Shown here: positions 1 through 9,548 of the stretch, one piece after another
How positions within the stretch are numbered: the stretch's first letter is position 1
Layout of the letters: each line of letters starts with the position of its first letter
IMG/VR virus record: IMGVR_UViG_3300025897_000009
DNA from: a virus
DNA: 64,000 nucleotides
Strand: one strand, 5' to 3'
The notes under the pieces: model-generated
The model's database searches: none
What the model was told of the DNA's origin: nothing
Seen by the model: only the letters and a program-made list of their open reading frames with translations
Position numbers and translations under genes: made by a program

Positions 1-1022
1 ATAACACTGATCTCTTCTAGTCTGTCATTGTAATCTTTTACCTTTAGATCTAGATCCCACAACCCTTGCTCAAGTTCCGAGATCTTATCAGATCTGTCTT
101 TGTTGTGTTCTTTTTTATGGTTTTCATCAATGCCTTGTTTACAAGTTGGGCAGTTGTCATTGTTTTCTAAAAACTCTATCTCTTTGCGTATCTTTTTACG
201 ATTGTCTTCTATAGACTTCTCAAGTAATATAAACTTGTTGAGTTTTTCCTTTACTTCAGCAAAGTCTGCAATCGTTGTATTCTTTTCATTAACAATGTCA
301 GATTTTCCTGTAATCTCTTCTAGAGTTTTATCAATATGATTTTCAGTTTTTTCGACACTCTCTTTGAACTCTTTAACTTTAGCATCTTTGTTATCTTTTA
401 ATGAGTTGATGGTGTCATTCAATCCACTGATGCGTTCCTTGATCACTCTAGTCTCTGCCGTGTTCTCACTGAGTTCTTGTTGTAGTTGCCTGTTCTTACC
501 CTTTACTATATCATACATGACAGAAAAGATTCTGATGTCTAATAAGTCTTCAACAATCCTTCTTCTCTCCGCAGTCTTTAACTGCATGAATGGTGTAAAG
601 TTAGCAGAACCCAACACAGCAACCTGAGTAAATGATCTGTGTGACATTTGTAGTATGTCTTTTTCTAAGATCTCTTGGTAATCTGCTTTGTTAGCATTTT
701 GGTTTAACATTGTATCATTACAATACACTTCAAAGATAGAAGGTCTATGCCCTCGTCTTACTAAGTAATTCTTACTGCCGATATTAAACTCGACTTCAGT
801 CATCATGTCTTTTCTGTTAATAGAGTTTACAAACTGTTCTCTTTTAACATCACGGAAACCTTTATTGAAAAGGTTCCAGCATAAAGCATCTAAAATTGTA
901 GACTTACCTGCACCATTGTCTCCTACGATCAAAGTAGTGCCATGTTTGTTTAAGTCGATTTCTGTATAGGTATTACCAGTGGAGAGGAAGTTCTTCCACC
1001 TAACTTTCTTGATTGTTATCAT
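1..1022 (-). CDS. gp46: Recombination endonuclease ATPase subunit (gp46/SbcC/Rad50-like), runs off window start
   Basis: Manual translation from ATG at 1022: MITIKKVRWKNFLSTGN...GDNGAGKSTILDAL (Walker A); CPTC zinc hook near 145-155; ATGA overlap with gp47 stop. Confidence 0.95.
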   Translation of the reverse strand, partial: MITIKKVRWKNFLSTGNTYTEIDLNKHGTTLIVGDNGAGKSTILDALCWNLFNKGFRDVKREQFVNSINRKDMMTEVEFNIGSKNYLVRRGHRPSIFEVYCNDTMLNQNANKADYQEILEKDILQMSHRSFTQVAVLGSANFTPFMQLKTAERRRIVEDLLDIRIFSVMYDIVKGKNRQLQQELSENTAETRVIKERISGLNDTINSLKDNKDAKVKEFKESVEKTENHIDKTLEEITGKSDIVNEKNTTIADFAEVKEKLNKFILLEKSIEDNRKKIRKEIEFLENNDNCPTCKQGIDENHKKEHNKDRSDKISELEQGLWDLDLKVKDYNDRLEEISV

Positions 1023-2086
1023 AGATAATTATTTTGTTCTAATGCTTCGCTGTATAGACCTCTGAGTACAGAATCTAATTTTGTTTTGTCGCCACTAATT
1101 TCCAGTGACTCCACATACTTAGATAAGATAGTAAGTGTATCTTCAGCATCCTCAACCTCTTCATCGGTGAGCATATCCATGTGATGGTTATCATCTACTA
1201 TCTTTAAATCTACTGGATTAACTGCATTAAGTCTTTCCATGTATAGATCAAATGTGTATGGGTTTTCTTTATTGACAATGATACACTTAACAAAGGTGTT
1301 TGCCATATCACTAAAGTCTACATTCAACAGTTCTTCATGCGTCATCTTAGAATCATCATAGAATACTTTGTTAAACATTCTTAGTGGGTTTCTTACTGAT
1401 ATTATCTCTGCTGTTTCAGTATCAAAGACATGAAAGTGTTTCTCGTCACCAAAGTCAGACCAAGTAAACTCCATCTGTGATCCGAGATATCTTACATTAC
1501 CTTGCAGTGACTTATGATGAAAGTGACCTGACAGTACAGTATCGTATCTGTTAAACATTTTAAAATCTAAACCATGGGGGCATGCCATTCCTGGCATCAT
1601 GATTGCACCCTCTATCTCAAAGTGACCCATAAGAACTGAGGTCGTAGCATTTTTGATAAAATCTATGCTCTCATTAAAATTGTCAGGGCAAATCCAAGGT
1701 ACAAGACCAATATCAAAACCATCATAGTTCTTAATGGTTGGATTTGCTACAATGTCTATGTTATCGTGCTTAAACAGTAACAACTCGGGAGCATTAATCT
1801 CATTGGTGTTTTTGTAGAAGGTATCATGGTTTCCTAGTATAAGATCCATGCTGATACCTCTTTCGATCATAGGATCAATAAAGTGTTCTTTGTTGGTTGC
1901 TAAAGATTTGAAGTTGATAAACTTCCGTCTGTCAAAGTAATCACCCAGATGGATAATGTGTTTGATGTCGTGTTGGTCTAAGTATGGGAAAAAGATTTCA
2001 TTGTAGAATCTCCCTTGATACTCACCCATTGCTTGGAGGTCGTTGCGAACTCCAGCATGTGTATCATTAAGAATTGCTATCTTCAT
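1019..2086 (-). CDS. gp47: Recombination endonuclease nuclease subunit (gp47/SbcD/Mre11-like)
   Basis: Metallophosphoesterase motifs DTH, GD, GNHD, GHFH; adjacent to gp46. Confidence 0.95.
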   Translation of the reverse strand: MKIAILNDTHAGVRNDLQAMGEYQGRFYNEIFFPYLDQHDIKHIIHLGDYFDRRKFINFKSLATNKEHFIDPMIERGISMDLILGNHDTFYKNTNEINAPELLLFKHDNIDIVANPTIKNYDGFDIGLVPWICPDNFNESIDFIKNATTSVLMGHFEIEGAIMMPGMACPHGLDFKMFNRYDTVLSGHFHHKSLQGNVRYLGSQMEFTWSDFGDEKHFHVFDTETAEIISVRNPLRMFNKVFYDDSKMTHEELLNVDFSDMANTFVKCIIVNKENPYTFDLYMERLNAVNPVDLKIVDDNHHMDMLTDEEVEDAEDTLTILSKYVESLEISGDKTKLDSVLRGLYSEALEQNNYL

Positions 2087-2627
2087 CTATAAATTTGTCT
2101 AATTTACCTTTCTTTTCTTTTTTCTCTGTACGAGTATCATAATCTTGTTTAATCATGTTGTCTTTCATCCACTCAACTGCTGTGTTTATGAAAGCAGGAT
2201 CTTGTACTCCGTCTACAGTGGTATAAGTGTCAAATAGAACTCCAGCATTTTCAATTTGCTTTTGCTTAATCTTAGTTTGCTTTTTCTCTTTTTGTATTCT
2301 TCTTAAGAATGCATAGTAGCAAATCTGTGTGACATAAGCAAAGGCATTAGATGACTTCTCTGGATTAAAATTGTTGATGTACTGTAAAGTGTTTTCTATA
2401 CCATCACAGATCATTTCATCTCTATAGGTGTAGTTGATGAAGTTGGGTCTAGTGGATAGACGAGTAGCAATCTTATAGATGCACTCACCAATGTACTCTG
2501 TAACTCTTGGTGGTGTTTTTTCCTTTGCTACTGCTTCTTTTACATTAAGATTGTGTTCGATTATTGCTTGTGTGAACATCTTATTGTCCACATAGTGTGC
2601 TGGATTTACTTTACTTCTTGTTGCCAT
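2067..2627 (-). CDS. gp55: Late transcription sigma factor
   Basis: HYVDNK, RPNFINYTYRDEMICDGIEN, NAFAYVTQICYYAFLRRIQKEKKQ motifs; gp55-47-46 synteny. Confidence 0.95.
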   Translation of the reverse strand: MATRSKVNPAHYVDNKMFTQAIIEHNLNVKEAVAKEKTPPRVTEYIGECIYKIATRLSTRPNFINYTYRDEMICDGIENTLQYINNFNPEKSSNAFAYVTQICYYAFLRRIQKEKKQTKIKQKQIENAGVLFDTYTTVDGVQDPAFINTAVEWMKDNMIKQDYDTRTEKKEKKGKLDKFIDEDSNS

Positions 2628-2636
2628 AATACATTA

Positions 2637-2675
2637 ATTATAAGGGGTAATTGTGTTTTTGAAAAGGTAGTTTTG
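2637..2675 (-). promoter_or_regulatory. Sigma70-like promoter for gp55-47-46 (TTTTCA-N17-TATAAT)
   Basis: Minus strand caaaactaccTTTTCA-17 nt-TATAAT just upstream of the gp55 ATG. Confidence 0.6.
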
Positions 2676-2711
2676 ATGAAATACAATGATAAAATTTCTC
2701 ATACTTTTTTT

Positions 2712-2750
2712 CAAAACCCCCTTTTCAGATTAGAGTTTCGGAGTTATAAT
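2712..2750 (+). promoter_or_regulatory. Divergent sigma70-like promoter (TTTTCA-N17-TATAAT) pointing antisense into iscU
   Basis: Plus strand caaaacccccTTTTCA(2722-2727)-17 nt-TATAAT(2745-2750); mirror copy of the gp55 promoter. Confidence 0.5.
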
Positions 2751-2776
2751 CAATATGCCCCAGAGGGTAGAGTATA

Positions 2777-3187
2777 TTATATATGGAGTTTAGATTCAAA
2801 ATCATCCACTGCTCTCTTAATACTATCCTCTGCTAATACACTACAATGTATCTTAATGGGAGGAAGTGAAAGTGCTTCTGCGATGTCTTTGTTTCTAATC
2901 TCCTTTGCCTCTTCTAATGTCTTGCCTTTGAGGAGGTCGATGAGTTCCGAAGAAGATGCGATTGCCGATCCGCAACCATAGGTCTTAAACTTTACATCTT
3001 CTATGATGTGAGTGTTTCCATGAGGAATGCATTTGATTTGTAGTCTCATGACATCACCACATGCTGGTGCTCCCACCATTCCTGTTCCTACAGTCATGTC
3101 TTTAGGATCGAACTTACCCACAGAATATTCTGCAGGGTTCTTAAGCACATTCTCAAATCTATTTATAACTTTTTCTGAATATGCCAT
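2777..3187 (-). CDS. iscU: Fe-S cluster scaffold protein IscU/NifU-N (auxiliary metabolic gene)
   Basis: GAPACGDVMRLQI, FKTYGCGSAIASSS, LPPIKIHCSVLAED: three conserved Cys plus an LPPVK-like HscA motif. Confidence 0.95.
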   Translation of the reverse strand: MAYSEKVINRFENVLKNPAEYSVGKFDPKDMTVGTGMVGAPACGDVMRLQIKCIPHGNTHIIEDVKFKTYGCGSAIASSSELIDLLKGKTLEEAKEIRNKDIAEALSLPPIKIHCSVLAEDSIKRAVDDFESKLHI

Positions 3188-3696
3188 TAGTGTATTTTGT
3201 CGTCTTTCTCTAGTTTCCTAGTCTCGAAGTTCTCTTTCTTCTTTTCCTTGTAGTCCTCTAGAAAGATATCTGATTCTATATAGTCTTCAGCAAGTTCTCT
3301 AGCAGTCTTATCTAGATACTCTTTCACTTTCTTCTGTCCTGTTGCTTGTGAGATAGGTTTGATTTTTCTATCCTCTAGTAGTTTCATCCATTGTGATGCT
3401 GCTGAATCATATAGATGGATGTATTCTTGATTGAGTGGTGATCGAAAAAGAATGTCTTTAGTACTGAATGACAGATAACTATCTTCACTGAGAGCAGTGA
3501 ATGGCATAAAGTTTGCGATAGTCTCGCCAGATGGCATAGAGGTTAGATGCACAGTCATAGGTGCCCATACATCGATACCATAGCATTTGGTCTTATCTAT
3601 AAGACCTGTACGAGTTTCTCTGACCATCCCTATGATCTCTTGACCATTTTGGAATCTGATAACTTCGTATTTATTCGGAACTAGGGTTTCTGTCAT
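3187..3696 (-). CDS. Hypothetical protein downstream of uvsW (possible Sm-like fold)
   Basis: VIRFQNGQEIIG N-terminus; position typical of marine T4-like phages; coupled to neighbours. Confidence 0.55.
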   Translation of the reverse strand: MTETLVPNKYEVIRFQNGQEIIGMVRETRTGLIDKTKCYGIDVWAPMTVHLTSMPSGETIANFMPFTALSEDSYLSFSTKDILFRSPLNQEYIHLYDSAASQWMKLLEDRKIKPISQATGQKKVKEYLDKTARELAEDYIESDIFLEDYKEKKKENFETRKLEKDDKIH

Positions 3697-5132
3697 AGTT
3701 TGATTTCGTGTATTTGGTAGTCAAATCCTTCACTACTGTATATATTTATACGATCTTTCAGGTGACGAAGTGTAAAGTTGTCGCCATTTAAATTGTCAGC
3801 GATATCATATAGTTTCACTTCAGTCTTATCATCACTTATTCTCAGACCTCTACCAATACTTTGCAAGTTCCTTATCTTAGACTTTGATGGACTAGCAAAA
3901 ACAATATTGTTAATACGACGAATGTTAATCCCAGTCGAAAAGGTGCCATAGGATGCAAGTATAACTCCATTATTGCTTGATTCCACAAGTCCTCTAACTT
4001 CTTCACGATCTTTCGCATCTGTTCCTCCATACACATAGTGTAATCTATCTTTAAGTTGAGGTTGCATCATATTGTACAGTACGACCCCATGCTTTTCTAC
4101 ATATTGAAACAACACCAATGTGTTGCCTTTCAAACTCTTAACTAAATTGAAAATGAAATTATTGCGTTTGTCATTTGATACCAGATAGTCCATCTCTTCC
4201 ATGTATTTCATTTTAGGTTGCTTAGGATGGTTGAGTATTAAACAATGAATGCCTAGTTTCGCCACAGTGCCTTCTTCCATTAAATCATAAGTAGAAACCA
4301 CTTGAGCATAAGGACCAAACAAACCCTCTAATTGTAATCTATGTACTTGACTGTTATCTAATGTACCAGTCGTTCCGAATCTATAGGTGACATCTTTCAT
4401 CTTTTCTAAGATGCTTGTAAGTGTTTTTGCTTTGAATAAATGTGCCTCGTCACCTACGACTACATCATATTGATTCATCCATTCTTTGGGTGCTTTACTG
4501 AAAGATTGCCAAGTCGATATGGTCACATCAGCATCAAAATATTCTTGACCAGAATAGATCTTACATATAGGTTGATCATAACCATATTCTGCAAAGTCCT
4601 TTGACATTTGCTCAACCAATGAAGTAGTTGGTACGATAATCAATGTCTTACAATCATCTTCACCTGTTGCTCTTGCCTTTTTATGCTCATACCAACGATG
4701 AAGCATATAGATAATTAAAGACTTACCACTAGCAGTAGGAGATACCAACAGTCGTCTACCCTTAGAGACTGCTCTCTGTACTGCTTCTATCTGATAATCT
4801 CTTGGTTCAAAGGGCAGATCTAATAGTTTAGACCATTCTTTTATTTCATCGAAAGTGCGATTCTCTGCACGATTAACTTCGCCATCAGTTTCAAGTTGAT
4901 AGTTATGCTCTTTGCAAAACTCATGTATGTATGGAAAGAGACCGACATAAATCCTATGGGTCTTAATATTGAAGAGTCTGATATATCCGTCCCAGAATCT
5001 ATTACGCACTGCTGGCATAAACTTAGCACCTGGAACTTCGAATGAAAAGAAGTCATATAACTCTCGGCAGATACTGTCATCAGCATCTACGACCATATAA
5101 ACTTCATTCACCTTAGTGAGTTGAACTTTCAT
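3693..5132 (-). CDS. uvsW: UvsW SF2 helicase
   Basis: PRDYQ, SPTASGKS, DEAH, GTTGT, QSIGRGLR motifs; WDGYIRLF N-terminal motif. Confidence 0.95.
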   Translation of the reverse strand: MKVQLTKVNEVYMVVDADDSICRELYDFFSFEVPGAKFMPAVRNRFWDGYIRLFNIKTHRIYVGLFPYIHEFCKEHNYQLETDGEVNRAENRTFDEIKEWSKLLDLPFEPRDYQIEAVQRAVSKGRRLLVSPTASGKSLIIYMLHRWYEHKKARATGEDDCKTLIIVPTTSLVEQMSKDFAEYGYDQPICKIYSGQEYFDADVTISTWQSFSKAPKEWMNQYDVVVGDEAHLFKAKTLTSILEKMKDVTYRFGTTGTLDNSQVHRLQLEGLFGPYAQVVSTYDLMEEGTVAKLGIHCLILNHPKQPKMKYMEEMDYLVSNDKRNNFIFNLVKSLKGNTLVLFQYVEKHGVVLYNMMQPQLKDRLHYVYGGTDAKDREEVRGLVESSNNGVILASYGTFSTGINIRRINNIVFASPSKSKIRNLQSIGRGLRISDDKTEVKLYDIADNLNGDNFTLRHLKDRINIYSSEGFDYQIHEIKL

Positions 5133-5806
5133 TACCTATATGGGAACCCTTGTACCCATCCTACTAATGATATGCGTGTTCCTGAGATAACAGGTTGAAC
5201 CTGATGAAATAGGAAAGAAGGAAATGCTAAGAATGTTCCTTTCTGTTTACCTGACCATGGAACTGTAGTGATCATCCTATCTAGATCAAGTTTTGTACGA
5301 CCATTCTCTCTACCGAGTTCCCAATACTGTTTAGTCGGTTCTAAGAATTGAAAGTTTCCACCCTCATATTCCATAGGATCTGTCAACTGTATGACCCATG
5401 ACAGTTTACGATATCTGCCATCATCACCTATTTCTCCACCATGATCAGCATGCCAGTGATAATAACCACCTTTCTCACCGACTGGTGCACCATTGTAAAT
5501 GGTGTATTGTAAATTCTCTTGATAGCATAAATCAAAATACCAACCTGCCTCTTCGTTTGCTTGATTGGTAAGTTCTACGATTCTATCCATCAAATGTTTT
5601 GGAAGTCTGTCAGGTTCGAACCAACCTGTTGCTGATTTGCGTGACTTTATTTCTACACCACCATCTTGCTTGGCATCTGGATCATTCGGACCCAATCCCA
5701 CTTTTGCTGGTGATATGTTGATGTGTCTGGCAAGTTCATGAAACTGATTGCACTCATCTATGGTGAGAGCATTAGGAATTTTGTAAAACACATTCGGCAA
5801 TATCAT
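5132..5806 (-). CDS. 2OG-Fe(II) oxygenase (prolyl-4-hydroxylase-like)
   Basis: YHWHAD...RKLS...YEGG...FPSFLFHQVQPVISGTRISLVGW; likely start MILPN at 5806, TAATG-coupled to uvsY. Confidence 0.9.
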   Translation of the reverse strand: MILPNVFYKIPNALTIDECNQFHELARHINISPAKVGLGPNDPDAKQDGGVEIKSRKSATGWFEPDRLPKHLMDRIVELTNQANEEAGWYFDLCYQENLQYTIYNGAPVGEKGGYYHWHADHGGEIGDDGRYRKLSWVIQLTDPMEYEGGNFQFLEPTKQYWELGRENGRTKLDLDRMITTVPWSGKQKGTFLAFPSFLFHQVQPVISGTRISLVGWVQGFPYR

Positions 5807-6252
5807 TAAGCACCTGCCATAAACTTTCGCCACTCAATAATGTTCTTAATAGATTGATGTCTCCATTTTAGCATATCAATAATTTCAGAAATGTATTCTA
5901 TAGTAATCTTGGCAATGTCTAATTTGTTTTTCATAATTTGCAAATCTTTATCACTTTCGAAGAAGTAATTGAAATCACCTTTCATAATCTTAAGTCCATT
6001 GAAAGGATCATAATCCCAACCAAGATCTTCGATCTCTGATTGTGATAGTTTGCCATTGAACCATAACCACTTGTTCTTAAGCAGTTCTTTGTATTTCAAA
6101 TTCAATTTTTTCTCAACCAACTTCCAGTCAGTTAAGTAGTCAGAGTATTTAGCATGAAGTTTAGGAACTTCTAGTGTAGTTGCGTCTAACTCAATATCAT
6201 TGATGGAACATTCCTCTGTCCATTCTATCTTGATCTGTTCTAAAGATTTCAT
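5806..6252 (-). CDS. uvsY: Recombination mediator UvsY
   Basis: VPKLHAKY...RHQSIKNIIEWRKFMAG; one gene upstream of uvsW. Confidence 0.9.
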   Translation of the reverse strand: MKSLEQIKIEWTEECSINDIELDATTLEVPKLHAKYSDYLTDWKLVEKKLNLKYKELLKNKWLWFNGKLSQSEIEDLGWDYDPFNGLKIMKGDFNYFFESDKDLQIMKNKLDIAKITIEYISEIIDMLKWRHQSIKNIIEWRKFMAGA

Positions 6253-7558
6253 GTATACCTTTGTATTTAATATGTTTACAATCCATGTCTTTTATCCATG
6301 GACCACCTCTTGTGTAGTGAACAGCACCAGCATTATAAAATTCTGATTCTTCACTATAACCCTCACACCAATTCCATCTATCTGGGATAGCACCAATCTT
6401 ATTAGCATTAGTCCATTGGAACTGATGTAAGTATTGACCAGACTCAGTATTAATGACCTCTGGTGTCAATTTTTTACAGTCTTCATGAGCATTGTTAAAC
6501 ACCATAAGACTAGACCATAACTTTTTAGGATACCAAACATCCTTTTCGTTTCCTAGTTTTTGTCTATACCCTTTATCACTGAAGTCGTGTTTAACACAGG
6601 CAACTGCCTCGTCATGATTGACCGACATCAGTAAAGGACTAGGATCTTCTAAGAAGATAAAGTCATCGTCTACAAATACACTAATGCCTTCATAATTTTG
6701 AAGATATGGTATAAGGAAGCGACTGTATGTAAACTCAGTTGATTGATTGGCATACTCTCTTGTATACTCTGGTATCTTAGATATGTCTAGATACTTAATG
6801 GTAAAGGGATGCGTCCACTTTTCAATAGATCTTTCACATGCTTTAGTTGCCTCGCCATGTCTAGAATCATATCCTATGTATAAAGTGGGTTTGTTTTCAA
6901 ACATGGGTCTTATAAGGTCATAATGAGCATCATAGTTGACTTGATAATTTATGGTCTGAAAACACTCCAAATTACCCCATCCTGCCCCATTTACTATCAA
7001 ATCCAGTTGAAAATCTCCCACTTTATGTACATGATTCTGCCAGAAGATATCAATGTACATTTCGAAGTCCAAAGCATCATAATCCCTAAACATCTCATAA
7101 GGATCCCAAACGATACAAGATGGGTTCCAATCTAACCATCGCAGTGAGTTAACTCTTCCTGTTCCAGGATGTATGTGATAATTGAAATTGATTTTAGTTC
7201 GATCAAGGTTATCATAAGTCAAAACACCTTGTGGTGGGTATTCTAAACCATTGTTTTTGATATTGTGAATCAGATAATGCATCTTATTGAAATGATACAT
7301 TCTATTCTGCTCTTCTGTTCTATTTGGTGTGGTAGATCCTATCGTAGTGTATTCATGCTTGTGAGCATAATAGTCTTTAATTCTATGAGTTGTATCTTGA
7401 CCAGAGTTGTTTATTCTTTGATCAATAACTTTAAGAGGAACATGTCGACATGCTCCAGGGAATGCTTCAAAGTACTCTTTTGCCTCTGGCATGCTTTCGC
7501 CTTTGGTTTTCATGGTACCAAAGTGAACACTCTCTCGTGGGTAATCTTCAAATATCAT
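6197..7558 (-). CDS. Two-domain protein: unknown N-terminal domain plus GT-A (GT8-like) glycosyltransferase
   Basis: C-half LYIGYDSR, STEFTYSRFLIPYL, DDD (DxD), YPKKLWSSLMVFN, LHQFQW, HYTRGGPW. Confidence 0.8.
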   Translation of the reverse strand: MIFEDYPRESVHFGTMKTKGESMPEAKEYFEAFPGACRHVPLKVIDQRINNSGQDTTHRIKDYYAHKHEYTTIGSTTPNRTEEQNRMYHFNKMHYLIHNIKNNGLEYPPQGVLTYDNLDRTKINFNYHIHPGTGRVNSLRWLDWNPSCIVWDPYEMFRDYDALDFEMYIDIFWQNHVHKVGDFQLDLIVNGAGWGNLECFQTINYQVNYDAHYDLIRPMFENKPTLYIGYDSRHGEATKACERSIEKWTHPFTIKYLDISKIPEYTREYANQSTEFTYSRFLIPYLQNYEGISVFVDDDFIFLEDPSPLLMSVNHDEAVACVKHDFSDKGYRQKLGNEKDVWYPKKLWSSLMVFNNAHEDCKKLTPEVINTESGQYLHQFQWTNANKIGAIPDRWNWCEGYSEESEFYNAGAVHYTRGGPWIKDMDCKHIKYKGIHEIFRTDQDRMDRGMFHQ

Positions 7559-7584
7559 AATGTAATCCTATAGTTATTCTACTA

Positions 7585-7591
7585 TATTTAG
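7585..7591 (-). promoter_or_regulatory. Late promoter variant CTAAATA
   Basis: tatttag on plus strand, intergenic, upstream of the GT-uvsY-uvsW block. Confidence 0.55.
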
Positions 7592-7610
7592 CAAGTGTTG
7601 TAAAGGTGGT

Positions 7611-8153
7611 TTAAGACTTATCTTCGATTGTAAAGTATGTAAATCTAAAATTAACACTTCCTGACAATACAGCAACATCAGTACTCTCACTGTTCATTTG
7701 AAACCCACCCAAAGCAATAGGGAAAGAGTCATAGAATCTAATGTACCTATTGGGGTTGTTCTTATTCGTGTTGATCACTAATGTAATATCTTCATACTGT
7801 TCTAGATCAGAATTTGTGCCAGTGTAAGCATTAGTCGATGTTGATGTAGTTCCTGTGAGGTTCTTAAATGTTTCAGGATCATTCGCAGGAGTAATTGCTC
7901 GCATCCAGTCATAGACTTCTTTATAGTTTGCCATGTCCTCATCAATAAGATAAGTGACACTGAGATCCATAAATGTAATCTTATCTCCTGGATAGTATGC
8001 ATTCACACCGATGTTAGTAGCAAAGATTGCCTCGGAAAAACTAATATCAGGAACTGTGACTGATGTACAAAAGAATTCTACATTAGGCAGTCTGGGTATC
8101 AGCAGTCTAAATGCAGTTGGATGTAAGAATGATTTGTTTGTTGGTGTTGCCAT
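7611..8153 (-). CDS. gp3: Tail completion / tube terminator protein
   Basis: FLHPTAFRLLIPRLPNVEFFC...PGDK...DEDMANYKEVYDWM; follows gp23. Confidence 0.85.
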   Translation of the reverse strand: MATPTNKSFLHPTAFRLLIPRLPNVEFFCTSVTVPDISFSEAIFATNIGVNAYYPGDKITFMDLSVTYLIDEDMANYKEVYDWMRAITPANDPETFKNLTGTTSTSTNAYTGTNSDLEQYEDITLVINTNKNNPNRYIRFYDSFPIALGGFQMNSESTDVAVLSGSVNFRFTYFTIEDKS

Positions 8154-8159
8154 AGTAAG

Positions 8160-8167
8160 TATTTATA
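8160..8167 (-). promoter_or_regulatory. T4-type late promoter TATAAATA
   Basis: Exact motif just upstream of gp3. Confidence 0.75.
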
Positions 8168-8168
8168 C

Positions 8169-8196
8169 AAAAAAAAGGGCAGATAATCTGCCCTTT
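8169..8196 (-). terminator. Rho-independent terminator after the major capsid gene
   Basis: GGGCAGA-tta-TCTGCCC stem followed by a T8 run on the minus strand. Confidence 0.85.
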
Positions 8197-8215
8197 AGAA
8201 AACAACTAATTGTTT

Positions 8216-9523
8216 TTATAGAATGTTTGATACAGCCATTTTTCTGTAGTAGAAATTTGTTCCAGCTGAAGCAAGACCATCTGAAGGAGTTGATCCTACG
8301 AATGGGTTTGAGATCATTCCATATCGAGTTTTGAAACCGATTTTTGGTTGGAATGTGTTCTCACCTACTGCACGCACCATTTGTAATGGGACGTATGGGC
8401 AATAGAAAAGACCTGCGTCATATGGGTTTGTACCTCTGTATCCGACTGTTAAATAGTCAACACCAGCATATGGATCAACATATACTTTGTATCTTCCGTT
8501 TAATACACCAGCAAAAGTATTACCAGTGTCGTCTACATTCAATCCTGTTTGAAGGGCAGGAGCATAGTCAAGAACACCTGACATTGCTAGAGCACTAGCG
8601 ACGTCTGATGAACATAGAACCATGTTTCCTTTACCTCTACGAGATTCTTTAGCAATAGTATTTGCTTCTCTCTCGATTTGGAAAAGAAGTCCTTTGAATT
8701 TTTCAACAGACCATCTTCCATTAGCATCTACATCCAAGTTGAATGTACCAGGAGTTGATGTTCCAGCAGCACCAGTTTTTGCCTGGATGTTTACTGTTCT
8801 AACAACTTCTCTGTTGATTTCTGCTAATATTTCTGAAGATAGAATATTTGCTAATTCTGCTTCTGCGTCAAGACCGTGGATTGCTTTAAGGTCTTGTGCT
8901 AATTCCATTGTGTATTCTGCTTTTAATGCTCTTGATTTTGCAGTAACAGTTGCTTTCTCGATTGAGAATGCCATTTCTGCGAAAGAGTTAGAAGAAGAGT
9001 CGCCCAATGCTTCAGCAGTTGCTGAAGTCATACCTGTTCCAGTTGTATCTTCATATGATGGTGAAGATGCGTCAAATGGATCAGTGATCTGTGCTGATAA
9101 AGGACCAGCAGCAGTTGGGTTTGCAGCACTGGAGTATCCAGTGTCTGGCTCGTTGATGCCTAATGCTTCAGTTTTGCTTGTTCTAGCAACTGTAGGATAG
9201 TCGTTGTATCTTGCTTTCATGGCAAAGATAAGACCTGTAGGACCAGTCATTGGCTGGACACCACAAATGTCATATGCGACTAAGTTAGGCATTGCTCTTC
9301 TAACCAAAGAGATTAAAATAGGATCCCAATTAGAAATAGGTGATCCTGTTGAATTTAAAGGTGCTGCTTCTGCTAACATTGCAGCATCTTCCTGTAATGC
9401 TCTCTCTTGATTTTCGAGAATTACAGTAGTGACTGCCTTTCTGTAGGAGTCCTTGATCTCTGGGACCTCAGGATGCTCTAGAATAGGCGACCACTTTTCT
9501 TGTAAAGATTCTGTCATAAACAT
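8216..9523 (-). CDS. gp23: Major capsid protein
   Basis: PILISLVRRAMPNL, GVQPMTGPTGLIFA, SRALKAEYTMELAQDLKAIHGLDAE, FQPKIGFKTRYG. Confidence 0.98.
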   Translation of the reverse strand: MFMTESLQEKWSPILEHPEVPEIKDSYRKAVTTVILENQERALQEDAAMLAEAAPLNSTGSPISNWDPILISLVRRAMPNLVAYDICGVQPMTGPTGLIFAMKARYNDYPTVARTSKTEALGINEPDTGYSSAANPTAAGPLSAQITDPFDASSPSYEDTTGTGMTSATAEALGDSSSNSFAEMAFSIEKATVTAKSRALKAEYTMELAQDLKAIHGLDAEAELANILSSEILAEINREVVRTVNIQAKTGAAGTSTPGTFNLDVDANGRWSVEKFKGLLFQIEREANTIAKESRRGKGNMVLCSSDVASALAMSGVLDYAPALQTGLNVDDTGNTFAGVLNGRYKVYVDPYAGVDYLTVGYRGTNPYDAGLFYCPYVPLQMVRAVGENTFQPKIGFKTRYGMISNPFVGSTPSDGLASAGTNFYYRKMAVSNIL

Positions 9524-9548
9524 TTTCTGTACATTTCTCCTTTATAGG

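Noticed and set aside
100-627. Plus-strand ORFs 100-339 and 364-627
   Set aside because: Antisense shadows of gp46, which is missing from the ORF track because it runs off the window
2553-2981. 142-aa plus-strand ORF as target of the plus-strand promoter
   Set aside because: It starts upstream of that promoter, overlaps gp55 and iscU antisense, and is not protein-like
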